A stretch of DNA of 64,000 bases from Mobula hypostoma (GCF_963921235.1 NC_086097.1:214956001-215020000), one strand, 5' to 3'; numbered from the stretch's first letter, positions 38,965-53,261 are shown. Notes: a model not told the origin generated them from the sequence alone. A program made the numbers and translations.

Positions 38965-40839
38965 CTCTAAATCCCTGCTGTGTGGTCTGTAATATAACCC
39001 CACTAACGTGGTCAAACCTTTCTTATTTCTCAATTCCACCCATAACATATCACTAGTTGAATTTTCCAGTCAGGGAACTGCTGTGACAATTTCCCTAACT
39101 AGAAATGCAACCTCTCCTCTGTTAATCCTTCCCACTCCGTCATGTCTAAAACAAAGGACCCCCAGGATATTAAGCTGCCAGTCTTCCCCTTCCTAGAATC
39201 AAGTCTTACTAATGACTACAACATAATAATTCCATATGTTAGGTCATACTCTGACGTCATCCGCCTTTCCTATGATACTTCTTGCATTGAAATATACGCA
39301 GCTCAGGACAACAGTCACACCATGCCCAACCTTTTGATTCCTGACTTCGTCTGAGGTCTTAGCAACATCTGCCTACACAACCTCTCCAGTAACTGTTCAG
39401 GCGCTCTGGTTCCCATCCACCCCCAACTCTAGTTTAAACCACACTGTGCAGTATTAACAAACCTTCCCGTTAGGATACTACTCCCCCTCCAGTTCAGGTG
39501 CAAACCATCCCTTCTGTACAGGTCCCACCTTCCCTGGAAGAGAGCTCAATGATCCAAAATCTTATGCCCTCCTTCCTACACCAATGCCATAGCCATGTGC
39601 TAAACTGTATAATCTTCCTAGTTCTAGCCTCAATAGAACGTGACACAGGTAGCAATCGTGAGGTCACAACCTTGGAGGTTCTGCCTTAAACTAAGCACCC
39701 AACGACCTGAACTCCCTTTGCAGCACCTTGTCACTTGTCCTATCCATGTCATTGGTACCTACATGGACCACAACCTCTGGCTTTCACCCTCCCACTCAAG
39801 AAAGCTGAGGACTCGGTTAGAGATGTCCCAGACCTTGGTACCCGGCAGGCAACATACCATTTGGGAATCTCATTCTCACCCACAGACCCTCCTGTCCAGT
39901 CTTCTAACAAATCCCCTATCACCACAGCGTGCCTCTTCTTCCCCCTTCCCTGCTGTGTCACAGAGTCAAACTCAGTGCCCGAAACCTGACCACTATGACT
40001 TTCCTCTGTTAGGTCACTCCCCCACAACAGTATCAAAGTGATATACTTGTTGATATTTGTTGGTGAGGAGGACGTCCCACAGGAGTACTCTGCCTTGGCT
40101 CCTTAAACCCTCTCCCTTTCCTGACTGTCACTCTATTTTCTGTGTCCTGCACCTTAGGTATAACTATGGTACCTCTCTATATGTGCTAATTATCACACTC
40201 TCAATCTCCCGAATGATCCGGATTTCATTCAGTTCCAGCTCAAAGTCCTTACCGCAGATTGTCAGTAACTGCAGCTGGATCCACTTCTCACTGGAAGTCT
40301 CCCTGCCTTCCTACGTCCTGCAAGAGGAGCGCTCAACTATTCTGCCTGGCATCTATACTATTCTAGCTGAGCAGATATGAAGAAGGGAATGAATAAAAAA
40401 TCTTTACCTCAGACTTTTCTTTTATTTTTGCTTTCTCTGACTGAAGCCTCGTAGAGCTAAAGCCTCGAGATCTTCACTCTAACTTTGTCCATTGCGATGG
40501 TGACCACAGCCCTTGCTCCTGCCTTCCTTTAATTTGCTGTTGCTAATCAATCCCAAACGCCAGTTGGTCGCTAGTCAGAGCTCAATTACACTGCTGCGAA
40601 CCAACACTGGTTTTTTCTACTCGACCAGTGGACCTGTTTGAAATCACCTCCTCTCAAACTTCTCATGTCTGGATTGATCTCAATTCAGAGGTGGTTCATT
40701 TCAACAATTGCACTTCAAACCATTAGGATTGTAATTTAACACACAGCACCTTCTACAAGTTTGCATATTTCTATGTGAAATTAACTCTTTTCTACACGGA
40801 GAGACATTCAACTTTTCTTGGCAGCTATAACTTAGACTA

Positions 40840-42190
40840 CAATAAGACCATAAGAATTAGGCCATTTGGCCTATTGATTCTGTTCCGCCATTTTGTCATG
40901 GCTGACACAATTTTCCTCTTAGCCCGAATCTCCTGCTTCCACCACCCCCCCCCGTATCCCTTCATGCCCTCATCAATCAAGAATTTATCAACCTCTGCCT
41001 TAAATATACATAAAGACTCAGCCTCCATAGCTGCCTGAGGCAAAGAATTCCACAGATTCATCCCCCTCTGGCTAAAGAAATTCCTCTTCATCTCCATCCT
41101 AAAAGGACGCCCCTCTATTCTGAGGGTGCAGCCTCTGGTCTTAACACTCATAGCATAGGAAACATCCTCTCCACATCCATCTTATCAAGGCCTTTCACCA
41201 TTTGATAGTTAGGTCACCCCTCATTCTCCTGAATTCCAGTGAATACAGGCCAGAGCCATCAGGCGCTCTTCACATGAAACACATTCAATTCTGGCATCAT
41301 TTTCGTGAACCTCCTTTGAAACCTCTCCAGTTTCAGCACATCCTTTCTAAGATAAGGAGCCCAAAACTGCTCACAATACTCCAAGAGAGGCCTCACCACT
41401 GATTTATAAAATCTGAACATTACACCCTTTCTCGTATATTCTTATCCTTCTGAAATAAATGCCAACATTGCATTTGTCTTGCCCACCACAGACTCAACAT
41501 GCAATTTAACCTTTAGGGAATCATGCACAAGGACTCCCAAACCCCTTTGCACCTCATATTTTTGTATTTTCTCTCCATTTAGAAAATAGTCAACCTTTTC
41601 ATTTCTTCTGCCAAAGAACATGAACCTTACACTGTATCCCATCTGCCACTTCTTTGCCCATTCTAATCTGTCTAAGTCCTTCTGTAGCCTTTCCATTTCC
41701 TACCTGCACATCCACCTATCTTCATATCATCTGCAAACTTTGCAACAAACCGATCAATTCCATCATCCATATGACATATAACATAAAAAGATTTGATCCC
41801 AACACACCACTAGTCACTGGCAACCGACCAGTAAAGGCTCCCTTAATTCCCACTCTTTGCCTTCTGCCTATCAGCCACTGTTTTATCCATGCTGGAATCT
41901 TATCTGTAATACCAAGGGTTCGTAGCTTGTTAAGCTTGAAGAAACGATGCTGACTATGGCCCATTTTGTCAAGTGCCTCCAAGAACCCCGAAACCACATC
42001 CCTAACAATCAACTCCAGTATCTTCCCAACCACTAAGGTCAGAATAACTGGCCTATAATTTCCTTTCTTCTGCCTCTCTTCCTTCTTGAAGAGTGAAGTG
42101 ACATTTGCAATTTGCTAGTCTTCCAGAACCATTCCAGAATCTAGTAATTCTTGAAGGATCATTACTAATGCCACGACGAACTCTTCAGAG
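40840..42190 (-). mobile_element. Degenerate CR1 RT/3' fragment
   Basis: VGKILE, W..GRRQRVGI and FFSQR..NLWNSLP remnants. Confidence 0.8.
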
Positions 42191-42439
42191 TTTATTTATT
42201 ATTACTAAATTGCCACATGTTTACTAATTGACTAATTACAGGGTAGCATGACAGATGTAACTCATCCTTTGTAGCAATCAAACCTCAGAAGTTTCCAATA
42301 AAACTGGGAAGGGTAGGTTATGTCAGCCAGCATAATTTAAGAACCTTCCCCAAGTGTGCCCGAGTGTTGTGTCAGTAGAATTTTTCAATAGATTGACTGA
42401 TTTTGGTTATGCTTTATCAAGTTTTATTGGTATGGTGGA

Positions 42440-44515
42440 AAAATTAATGGAGCTGCAAGCTGATAAATCCCCAAGGCCTGATGATCTGCATCACAGGTTA
42501 AAGAAATAGCTGGGAAATATTGGTCATCATCTTCCAAGCTGCTTGTTGATTATGAATCATTTCCTGTAGATTGGTGCGTGACAACTGTCTACTTAAACAA
42601 AAGAGAAAACTGAGCTATGGACTGGTTAGCTTATCCTCAGTAGTACATTTTGGAATCCATTATGAATGATGTGATAGAAGGAGACCTAGAGAATGTTAAT
42701 AAGATTAGACAAACTCAGCATAAAAGTCTGAAAATGGAAATCAAATTTGACAAAACTACTGGAGTTTTTGAAGATATACATGGCAAAATAGGTAAGAGAG
42801 AAAGTACTTGGATTTGAAGTAAGTTCCTCAAAAAAAAATCACGTGAAAAATTAAAATGAATGCACTGGGGGGGGTCAGGGCAATATACTGGTATGGATAA
42901 AAAGCTGATGGATAGAAAGGAAACAAAGAAAAAAAATAAATGGGCTTTTCAGGGTGGCAAGCCGTGTCTAGTGAAGCATTGCAGTCAACAGTGCTGGGGC
43001 ATCAACGATTCACAATACTTATTAATGATTTTGATGAGGGAACAGAATGTACTATTTCTAAGTTCGCCAACAATACGGAAATTGGGTTTTGTGAGGAGAG
43101 CACAAAAATGCTTCGAGGTGATTTATACAAACTGAAGGAGTGGCAAATACAGTAATACTCTAAAAATACCCTCAGGATTTTGTGGTACTGGAGTGGCACT
43201 GGCATGATTTCCGGACTGCTGGGTGCTATTAATAACCTAACACTTTTTATATTCAGTTTTGTTTTATATCTTACACAGTAAGATAATAAATTTTACATTT
43301 AACCAGGTGAGTTTAAAAGAGAGTGAGGGAAGAGCTTCCCAGATAGTTTAATTATAGCATCACAAAAGAGGCATCAGTAACCATAGATTGTGGGAACAGG
43401 GGGCCTGTAAGTTTTAAGGGAGCCTGAGAAGAGGACCTCAGTGAGAGTTTCAAAGGAACATGGATACAGAGCCTGGTTGAGTTTGAAAATAGATCAAGAG
43501 AGGGGCCCTGGTGAGTTTAAGAGGAGTGTAAGAGATAGACTCCTGTGGATTTAAACACAACCAGATGCTGAACCACTCACTGCATGTTCTGAAGAATTGA
43601 ATAGTGGATTTTTTTTTACCTGATATGGGATAATACTGTAAAATATCCACTTTGGTAAGAAAAGAAGAAGAGTAGAGTATAACTTAATGGTAATGGATTG
43701 GGAAATATTGATGTACAATAGGATACGGGTATTCTTGTATACCAATCACTGAAATCGACAATAGATGTGGCGAACAGTCAAGAAGGCAAATGGTAAACTG
43801 GCTTTTAATGCAATAGGTTCTGCGTACCAAAGCAAAGATGTCTAACTATAATACATTGGTGAGAGTACACCCAAAGTAATGTGTGTACTTTTTTTCTCCT
43901 TACCTAAGAAATTATGTACTCACCATAGAGGGAGTACAACAACAGTGCCCCAGGACTGCCATAAGAGGAGAGATTGATCAACTAGGCCTGTACTCACTGG
44001 AATATAGAAGACAAAACACAAGATTCTGTCCAAAAACAAGAGAAAATCTGCAGATGCTAGAAATCCAAGCAACACACACAAAATGCTGAAGGAACTCAAC
44101 AGGTCAGGCAATGTCTATGGAAAGGAGAAAACAGTCTACGTTTTAGACGGAGACCCTATAGATGCTGCCTGGCCTGCTGAGTTCCTCCAACATTTTGAGT
44201 TTGTTGCTGGTAAAATTCTGGCGGTGTTTTACAGGCAAGGTGCAAAGAGGATGTTTTCCTTCTCTATGGTTATCTAGAAGCATGACTCACAGACCCAAGG
44301 ATCTTTAGGAAGAACTTTAAGGACTCCAAGACCTTCAAGGATTGGGTTGCGGCGAAGCTTCTCCTAAGTAGTGACCCTTTGGAATTCCACCAATGAAGGC
44401 TGTGACAATCATATAACTGAATATATTTAAAAATAATGGAAATAGGAGTTCAGCAGGGTTTTACAGGGTTCTTGGTTACAGGGAGAAAGTGGGAATTTGG
44501 TATTGAAATAGCCAT
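42440..44515 (+). mobile_element. Highly degenerate CR1 RT region with internal insertions
   Basis: DKSPRPD and INDFDEGTECTISKFANNT remnants; Penelope-derived insert at ~44030-44210. Confidence 0.6.
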
Positions 44516-44517
44516 CT

Positions 44518-45611
44518 GCCCTGCTCTGCTGGGGGAGAAGCTGACGGCGATGCAGGTGAATGCTTCCCTGGTGTCATGGATTCTTGATTACCTGACTGGC
44601 AGACCATAGTACGTGTGCTTGCAACACTGTGTGTCCGACAGAGTGATCAGCAGCACTGGGGCTCAACAGAGGACTGTCTTGTCTCCCTTTCTCTTCACCA
44701 TTTACACCTCGGACTTCAACTACTGCACAGAGTCTTGTTATCTTTAGAAGTTTTCGGATGACTCTGCCATAGTTGGATGCATCAGCAAGGGAGATGAGGC
44801 TGAGTACAGGGCTACGGTAGGAAACTTTGTCACATGGTGTGAGTGGAATTATCTGCAGCTTAATGTGAAAAAGACTAAGGAGCTGGTGGTAGACCTGAGG
44901 AGAGCTAAGGTACCAGTGACCCCTGTTTTCATCCAGGGGGTCAGTGTGGACATGGTGGAGGATTACAAATACCTGGGGATACGAATTGACAATAAACTGG
45001 ACTGGTCAAAGAGCACTGAGGCTGTCTACAAGAAGGGTCAGAGCTGTCTCTATTTCCTGAGGAGACTGAGGTCCTTTAACATCTGCCGGACAATGCTGAG
45101 GATGTTCTACGAGTCTGTGGTGGCCAGTGCTATCATGTTTGCTGTTGTGTGCTGGGGCAGCAGGCTGAGGGTAGCAGACACCAACAGAATCAACAAACTC
45201 ATTCGTAAGGCCAGTGATGTTGTGGGGATGGAACTGGACTCTCTGACGGTGGTGTCTGAAAAGAGGATGCTGTCTAAGTTGCATGCCATCTTGGACAATG
45301 TCTCCCATCCACTACATAATGTACTGGTTGGGCACAGGAGTACATTCAGCCAGAGACTCATTCCACCGAGATGCAACACAGAGCGTCATAGGAAGTCATT
45401 CCTGCCTGTGGCCATCAAACTTTACAACTCCTCCCTTGGAGGGTCAGACACCCTGAGCCGATAGGCTGGTCCTGGACTTATTTCCTGGCATAATTTACAT
45501 ATTACTATTTAACTATTTATGGTTCTATTACTATTTATTATTTATGGTGCAACTGTAACGAAAACCAATTTCCCCTGGGATCAATAAAGTATGACTATGA
45601 CTCTGACTATG
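44518..45611 (+). mobile_element. Rex1/Babar LINE 3' portion
   Basis: QxTVLSPFLFTIYT, KFSDDSAIVG, and ORF 44865-45464 (KTKELVVD, YKYLG, LYFLRRLRSF); AATAAA followed by a (TATGAC)n tail. Confidence 0.9.
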
Positions 45612-46518
45612 ATTTTATTGAATAATGAAGTAGACTCAAAGGGCTGTGTGTGCTATGAACAAAGGTAGGTAAATGGAATGAAAATACTGATCAATCATAA
45701 CTTCACTGAAAGATAAGGACTTGTCCCAGGATTTAAAATACTCAGGGTATCACTTCTGAAGCATTGGGTGAATTCCCCACTGAAAAATGGCTCCCATTTA
45801 TGGTCAGAACCTGGATAATTCGCCTTTATTTAAGTACATTGATTTATCAGTTGAATATTATATAACATACCTTCCAACATCATCTTGCCAGCTGAATACT
45901 GTTTACAAAACATGGATCTTAAAATTGGTCAATGCACTCAATGTGTGGAAGCACACACCAAAGAATTAAATATATTTACCTTCAACCCTGATCTGATCAA
46001 CCAGGGCTTCTCTCGAGAAACTAATTTACTGGTTTTGATATCTCAAAATCCATGGACATCATCACTTTTTTTTTAAAGCCCTTATGGTCAAATAATCCCT
46101 GTAGCAGTTAAAATTAGAGTGGAAATCCTTGCTGAACATCTGTGGTTCGTGAACTTTAGTTCTGAATGTTATTTGCTTACTTTTTATTGATTGCCTGACT
46201 TGTTCTTTTTTTCACACATTGGATGTTCGACATTTTTTTAAATGGGCTCTATTGGGTTTCTTTGTTTTGTGGCTGCCTGTAAGGAGATGAATCTCAAGGT
46301 TACATATAGCATATGTACTTTGAACTTTGAACTTGGATTAAGGCTCTGTACTCCAAAAAGTGTAGATAAGTTAACTTCATGAACAAATTTGTAGAAATCT
46401 AGCTAAAAAGGCTTCAGTTCCTAAAAGTTCTGAAATTTAAACAAACATTTTGGAAACAAAAAATATACAGTAAAAAACTAAATACCCAATCATCTGCAAT
46501 CCCAAATAAACTATCAAT

Positions 46519-46524
46519 TTTATT
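46519..46524 (-). terminator. Candidate TTPA polyadenylation signal AATAAA
   Basis: TTTATT on the plus strand ~167 nt downstream of the TTPA stop. Confidence 0.5.
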
Positions 46525-46690
46525 CAATATTTAATATCTCTATAAAGAATCATACTTATAATACATTGCAGTGCATTAGTAGATATAGATTTGTTCTGTA
46601 AGATTTCATCTTTTTTCGGCACTTGGATTACGTTGACTTAACACCATGAAAAACCACTGTTTTTCAGATTCTAGTCACTGGCATATGGCA

Positions 46691-46864
46691 TCAAGTAACA
46701 AGTGAGAGCTCAAGAAGTTCTTTCTCAGAATGCAGCACAAAATTGGTCCATTCCTGACAGAGTTCTTCATAAGGAGGTCCTTGGCCGCCATATTCAGGTG
46801 GAAGAATCTGGACTGGAAAGTACCTTCTAAGACTGGACTCATAATTATTTCCATGCATGTGAAT
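46691..46864 (-). CDS. TTPA: Alpha-tocopherol transfer protein, last coding exon (exon 5 equivalent)
   Basis: Acceptor tttcag|ATT; reads IHMHGNNYESSLRRYFPVQILPPEYGGQGPPYEELCQEWTNFVLHSEKELLELSLVT*, matching human IHMHGNNY...ILPLEYGG...CQEWTNF. Confidence 0.95.
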   Translation of the reverse strand: MHMHGNNYESSLRRYFPVQILPPEYGGQGPPYEELCQEWTNFVLHSEKELLELSLVT

Positions 46865-47725
46865 CTGAAATAAGCACAATGGATTTAATTGAAATCAGGG
46901 AATCCTTATTTACACTTTTTCACATTTTAAAAGTACTCATAAAGTATATTTTCTGTGTGAACTAAACAAAAATATAAATAACTAATAAAGACAATGGATT
47001 TGATATTATTAGGATGGAAGGATCTCTATTGGGACACTGGAAGAGCTCTACCTGAGAAAATTCACTAAAACTTTGACAATCGGCAAAGTTTCGCCTCCAG
47101 CTTTGGCAGATGTTAAACTTGCAGGGGTTTAAAATATTTCTGAACGTCTGTGAAATGCCTCTGAAATTTCCCCCAGTAGACCACTTGGGTGGAACAGGAT
47201 CCATAATACAGCAGATTGCACAAAGTTCTTTAAAGAACTTTGATCTTTGAAGAGACATAAACTGTCCATTCATTCTGTCTGAGCTGATGAGTATTTTCTA
47301 CAATTTGTATTTTGATTGTTTCAGATAATTGACATTTTCTGCATTTTGGTTTTGTCAGATTATACACAGATCATGTCAAGACTGTTATAATCATTCTGTC
47401 TTTAATATTAACACTGAAATCTGTGAAGCATCTATTCATCAGTTTGAAACATAATAGTTAAAATACAGACATCTAAGGTTTTAAACTTTAAAACCAATTA
47501 ATTTGCTGTTCATTTAAATGAGAAATATTCATGCTGATAAGTGAAATAATCATTCAATGCTTTGTCCCAATGACAACATTCCCAAGCAAAGAATGGGCTT
47601 CTAAAGGATGCTATTGATGTGATTATGTTTCAACTAAAATTAAGTTTTATTATTGTTGTTAGAATAACTGAACTGAGAATAATTACTCTCTCTGGAACTA
47701 AAAAGAAGTGTGCAAGTTTACTCAC

Positions 47726-47836
47726 ACGTCCCTTGATTTTTTCTGAAAAGAATTTTGTAATTATAGCAAAGACTGGATGAAATAGCACTGGCTCATTGAT
47801 CATGTGAATGCCTCGGACCTTCAGAGGAAAGGAGTC
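47726..47836 (-). CDS. TTPA: Alpha-tocopherol transfer protein, penultimate coding exon (111 nt, phase 0/0)
   Basis: cctag|GAC...CGT|gtgagt; reads [37 protein letters not shown] versus human [37 protein letters not shown]. Confidence 0.96.
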
Positions 47837-48926
47837 CTAGGAATAATAATAAAAAAAGTGGCCTTCATTATACTTCATATTTTAGCATATCTACATTTCA
47901 ATAAAATACAGCCTTCTTAAGATCCACCAGTTATCAAGATGCTTTGAGCAGACACACCCTTGCTTAGAAATGAATAAAGACCAGGCAAAAACTAAAAAGT
48001 ACTAGTTTATTTTCCACTAGACCGATATTTGTGACTTTTTCTAGCTGCTGTTTCATATTCTTTCAAACCCTGTCTGACCACATCTTATCCATGAGATCTG
48101 ATACTTAACTATTACAGGGAGAGTGTATGAGTATGATAATTCTAGAACTGGGGTCCATACTTAGTGTAGTCTCTCAGAACCAAAGGCTCAGCTTCATCTG
48201 AACAGCAGGGTGGAATCAAAGTTCAAAGTAAATTTATTATCAAACTGTATATATGTCACCATATACAGCCCTGAGATTCATTTTCTTGTGGGCATACTCA
48301 TTAAGTCCAATAGCCATAATAGATTCAATGAATGACCTCACCAACAGGGTGGGCAACCAATGTGCAAAAGACAATAAACTGTGCAAAAAGAAAGAAAGAA
48401 AAGAGAAATAATAATAATCATAAAAATATATATTCTCCTCTTGCATTGATCTCCCAAAGTGCAGTTCCTCACACGTGTCTAGATTATACTCCATCAGCCA
48501 TTTCTCCAGTCATATTTCTAACAGTCTAGTTCCTGCTGTATTCTTTGACCATCTCCCTCAACCTCCAACAATTTTTGTGCCTTTTGCAAACTTGCCCAGC
48601 TACATCTTGTCCAAATTATTTAAATATATCACAGAGAGGTTCCCAGTACTGATCCTTCCTTGAACACCAGTCACAGACCTCCAGTCAGGGAAATACCTAA
48701 GCATAAACTACCCTTTGCTGGATGTGCTACAATTTGACACTTTCAGACTAGGAAAGGCTACTGAATGGCGGGTGGTTATGCAGGTTTTGCAAAATCTGCT
48801 TCAGAAACACAATATTTACAATAATTAAGGAAGCACTTCGTTAAGAGGGCCTGAGCAAGAAATAAATATTGCCACAATTAATCTCCATTGATTCATTGAC
48901 ATGTGATTCTACTCAGTAATTATAGA

Positions 48927-49690
48927 TGTGTAACTCTCTCACCGGGCCTCGTAACAAACTCGGCTCCTTGGCTAACTGAACTGCCACGTGCATCACATGG
49001 GTAACAGTGAGAAGGCCACTTTCAATAAACAACACACGTCCGGGGTCTGTATGGTTCAGATTCGACCAAACAGGAAAGTTGGAATATTCTGATGAGTGAT
49101 TGAAAACTGTGGTGAATGCTGTTGTAAATATTGCCCCATGCAAAATTATCGCTCGGCAGGAAATAACAGATCATTACAACGGAAATCAATGAAATTACAG
49201 TGGAAATATATTTACCAATATTTCAACTTTAACATTTGACAGAAAAAGGGCCCATTACAGTTAAACTAGTCTAAAAGTGCACATAAACGTTGGAGCTCGT
49301 TTCTGTAGTAGTTGGGTGTATCGTTTTACTCACAGCGCTCAATCTTCATCACCAGCCACAGGTCAAACTTCCCTCTTAGAACATCATGAACATATTGGCT
49401 AACTCAGAAGTATTATCACTTCCTCCTGGAAACATTCATCTGCACAAAACACTCCTTGCAGTAGGTTCTCCCCTCGGGTGGGATCCGCCAAGCATCTTCC
49501 CTTGTGCTCTTCTCTGTACCTCCTAGTGAAAGACCCCCAAACCAGACTACTGTCCTTCAGAAATATGATCTCGCCCAGCTTTCTCGAATGTTCCATGGCG
49601 TTTCACACCCCCACCCCCGACTGGCTGAACAACATTCCCAGGCTGAGCAAATGTTCCTTATCTCAGCTGAAGTCAAAACACTAGTCTATG
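48927..49690 (-). mobile_element. Probable LTR-like element related to 31570-32086
   Basis: Begins TGTGTAAC and shares the AAAAGGGCCCATTA...GTGCAC block; right boundary uncertain. Confidence 0.35.
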
Positions 49691-49834
49691 AAGCTTAACT
49701 GACAGAACACACTGTGTTTGCAGAAAATTGCTAAAATAAAATGCCCAACAGCATAACAGTAGAAATGCAACTTTAACCAGGACATTTCAAATGCTTTCCA
49801 TTTGAAAACATAGTTCCAAAATTTCCCATTAGTA

Positions 49835-51780
49835 GAATTAGAATCAGAATCAGGTTTAATATCACTGGCATATGTTGTGAAATTTGTTCTTTTGCAGCAG
49901 CAGTACAGTACAATACATAACAATAAAAACATAAAATACAATAAGAAATATACATTAAAAATTAAATTAAATTAAAAGTGAAAAAAGAAAGGAAAAAAGA
50001 AGTGAGGCAGTGAGATTGCATCCGCTATAGACCTATTGTGGTGATAGGTAAATTGCAGTGGGTCCCGGTCCTTGCTTAGGCAGGAGTTGATTCTGGCCAT
50101 GACCAACCTCTCAACCCCTCTGTGGTGCACTTCACCACAGTAGATGAGAGTGCAAAGGTGTGGCAGTCATTGAGGTATCTCACCCTCTGCTCTTCTCTGG
50201 TACTGGTATGATTGTTGCCCTTTTGAAACAGGTGGAACCTCCGACTGCAGCAGTGAGAGACTGAAGATGTCCTTGCCAGTTGGTTGGATCCTACCAGGTA
50301 ACAATCAGAGCCTGATGACTTGCAAGGGTTCACCAGCTTGAAAGATGTTCGGACGTCAGCCTTCAACTCAGGGATCACAGGGTCACCAGATGCTGCGGGG
50401 ATTTGCACCAGGTGTAGTTTTATTCTCCACTTCAAAGCATGCATAGAATGGTCTTTAGCTCATCTGGGAATGAATTATCACAGCCATTCATGATGTTAAG
50501 TTTCGCCTTCGCGTTTATAGAAAATAATGTCCTGCAAACCCTGCCAGAGCTGAAGTACATCCAATTCTGTCTCTAACCTCAAATGGAATGCTTGTTTCAG
50601 CCTTAAAATAGTGACCTGTAGGTCATATATCGATGTATAGTCTAGAGCACCAGTCTTGAATGCCATCTCAGCAGACTACTGATCTCCTGGTTCATCCTTG
50701 GGTATATCCGGAATGTTCTCAAAGGCACACATTCACCCACACAGGTCTTGATGAAGTCCGTGACAAGAGTGGTGTATTTATTTAGATTCAAAGATGAATT
50801 CCTGAATATTGTCCAGTCCACCAACTTAAAGCACTCTAGTAAGCAGTCCTCAGCCTCCCTTGACCATACCTTCTTGGTCCTCACAATTAGTGCTGTAGTC
50901 TTTAGTCTCTGCCTGTACATCAGGAGTAGAAGTACAGCCAGATGATTGGACTTTCCAAAGTCTGGATGTGGGATGGCATGGTAGGTGTTTTTGATGGTAG
51001 TACAATAGTGGTCAAGTGTGTTGGCTCCTTTGGTTCCACAGGTGATATGTTGGTGAAAGTTGTTCAGAAATTTCTGCGAATTGGCCTGGTTGAAATCCCT
51101 CAGAATGATAGTGAAGGCTTCAGGGTGCACTGTTATGTGACTGCTGATCATGGTGCTCAGCTTCTCCAGTGCCAGCCTGACATTGGCCAGAGCTGGAAGG
51201 TACACTATTACCAGGATGAGAGCAGAAAACTCCCTCAGCTAAAATAAATACTCTAGCCTGGAAGAGTGGGAGTGAGAAACATCTGTGCATCACGATGAGT
51301 AAATCATGAAGCATACTCCAGTTGCACTATCCTTAAAAAGTCCTACTGTCCTGTCCTTGTGGTGTATGGTGAAGCCTTTGGGCTGCAGTGCTGCATCTGA
51401 AATGGTGGGCTTGAGCCATGTTTCAGTGAAGCAAAGTACACAACAGTCCCTAATGTCCCTCTGGTACTGCAAACTTGTTCTGAGTTATCAATTTTATTTT
51501 GCATAGAGTGCATTCACCAATAGGATAGTCAGCAGTGGGGGTCTAAGGACTCTATGTTTCAATCATACCTGCAGACCTACTTGCCTTTTTTCTGAAATGG
51601 GAACTGCACTCGCAACATGAGTCTGCCATTCAGGGCCCACTGATTTTGAATATCAGTCAATTTTCTAAACATCATAAAATGATATTGCTTACTAAAGTAC
51701 CCATGGCTGTGACTGTGGATTTCAGCTGTAGTACTGTAGTCCTAAATGGGAATATTTGATGAACCCAATCGGAGCTCCAT
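49835..51780 (-). mobile_element. Degenerate Rex1/Babar-like LINE in a TTPA intron
   Basis: CCVLCFTETWL, DFNQAN, TLDH and SNHL motifs; (TCTGAT)n tail at ~49835-49855. Confidence 0.8.
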
Positions 51781-52160
51781 TTATTGGCACCACCTTGATT
51801 GTAGTGCCTTAATCATTAACATATTGAAATCAAATGGAAAATAGCGTCAGGAGATATGGAAAATGTACTGCTGATTATTTATCACCTCTTTTACAATATT
51901 GCAAGGTTTTTCAAATTGACCTCCACCTCATCCAGAGGAACAAGAGAGATCAAGCAAACTATGAAGTCTAAGGCTAGATCTTACGAGGTAGCAAAGTCTA
52001 GTGGAAGGCCAAAAGACTGGGATTTTTTCAGGATCCTGCAGTGAGATTGCAAAGAAGGCTAATCCAAGAGGAAGAGTTTGATAGTGAGGGAAAACTTAGG
52101 GGGCATGACAGGATAGAGGTCAAGCAGTTTCCATTAGTGAAAGTCTCAAATGGGAAAATA

Positions 52161-52684
52161 CACACAGTGGCCACTTTATTAGATACTCCTGCGCACCTGC
52201 TAGTTAATGCAAATATCTAATCATCCAATCATATAGCAGTAGCTCATTGCATAAAAGCATGCAGACATGCTCAAGAAGTTCAACTGTTATTCAGTTCAAA
52301 CATCACAGTGGGGAAGAAATTTGATCTAAGTGATATTGACCGTGGAATGATGTTTGGTGCCAGATGGGGTACTTTGAGTATCACAGAAAATGCTGATCAC
52401 CTGGGATGTTCATGCACAACAGTCTTTAAAGTTTACAGAGAATGGTGCAAGAAACAGAAAATATCCAGTGAGCAGCGGTTCTGTGGGCAAAAATGCATTG
52501 TTAATTAGAGAGAGGTCAAAGGAAGATGGCCAGACTGATTCAAGCTGAGAGTAACTCAAGTAACCATGCGTGACAACAGTGGTGTGCAGAAGAACATCTC
52601 TGAACTCAGAACACATTGAACTAAGCAGTAGATAGGCTACAGCAGTAGAAGATCTCCTGTATCTAATAAAGTGGCCACTGATTG
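52161..52684 (+). mobile_element. Tc1/mariner internal-deletion derivative
   Basis: TIRs CAGTGGCCACTTTATTAGATAC / GTATCTAATAAAGTGGCCACTG, TA flanks, and a transposase N-terminal HTH remnant MGKKFDLSDIDRGMMFGAR...TTVFKVYREW. Confidence 0.88.
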
Positions 52685-53261
52685 TATAGTAATCAGATAA
52701 GGGGCTCACCATTTTGAACTGAGGCATATGGGAATTCCTTCTTGCAGCTGGAATTAACTGTCCTGGAGCATCATGAAGACTGGAGTTGTGGAGATGTATA
52801 AAGAGGAAGTAAACATTTATTTTAAATATCTAGGAATTGAGGATAATGTGGATTGACACAGGAGAGGACTTAAGGCATGATCTCATGAATGGTGGGGATG
52901 GCAGGAGGTTGGCTCCTGCTCCTATGTTCTTCTGTTTGGTTTTCAGCAAATTTATCTCACCATCTCAACATGATACTTTTACAGACTAACCTATTCGCAC
53001 ATAACGTTCTAGCATTTTTTGGATGATAAAAGGGTTTCACGCATTATTTAGATGCTTTATAACAATGATGAGCTCTTCTGGTGACAAAAGGAGTTGGAGT
53101 TAAAAATAAAAGATCAAGTCTGCAGTGTTTCCAACAAATGTCTTGCTTGTGCAGGAGATTAAATGTTGATCACATTCTACAGAGATAACTTGACATTGCT
53201 TCTCTGATAAAGTGTGGTCTACTCTGGCGCTTCCAGAAAAATCAGGCAGCCATTTTAAATA

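Larger units (their letters stand above)
33730..40500 (-). mobile_element. Old near full-length CR1 split by nested insertions at 36221-38964
   Basis: RT/C-terminal remnants at 33900-35700; APE remnants on both sides of the insertion; esterase ORF1 (AVVIGD) at 39500-40050. Confidence 0.85.

Noticed and set aside
46865..46879. ORF-track N-terminal extension MCLFQ on the TTPA last exon
   Set aside because: Intronic polypyrimidine tract and acceptor; the exon starts at 46864.
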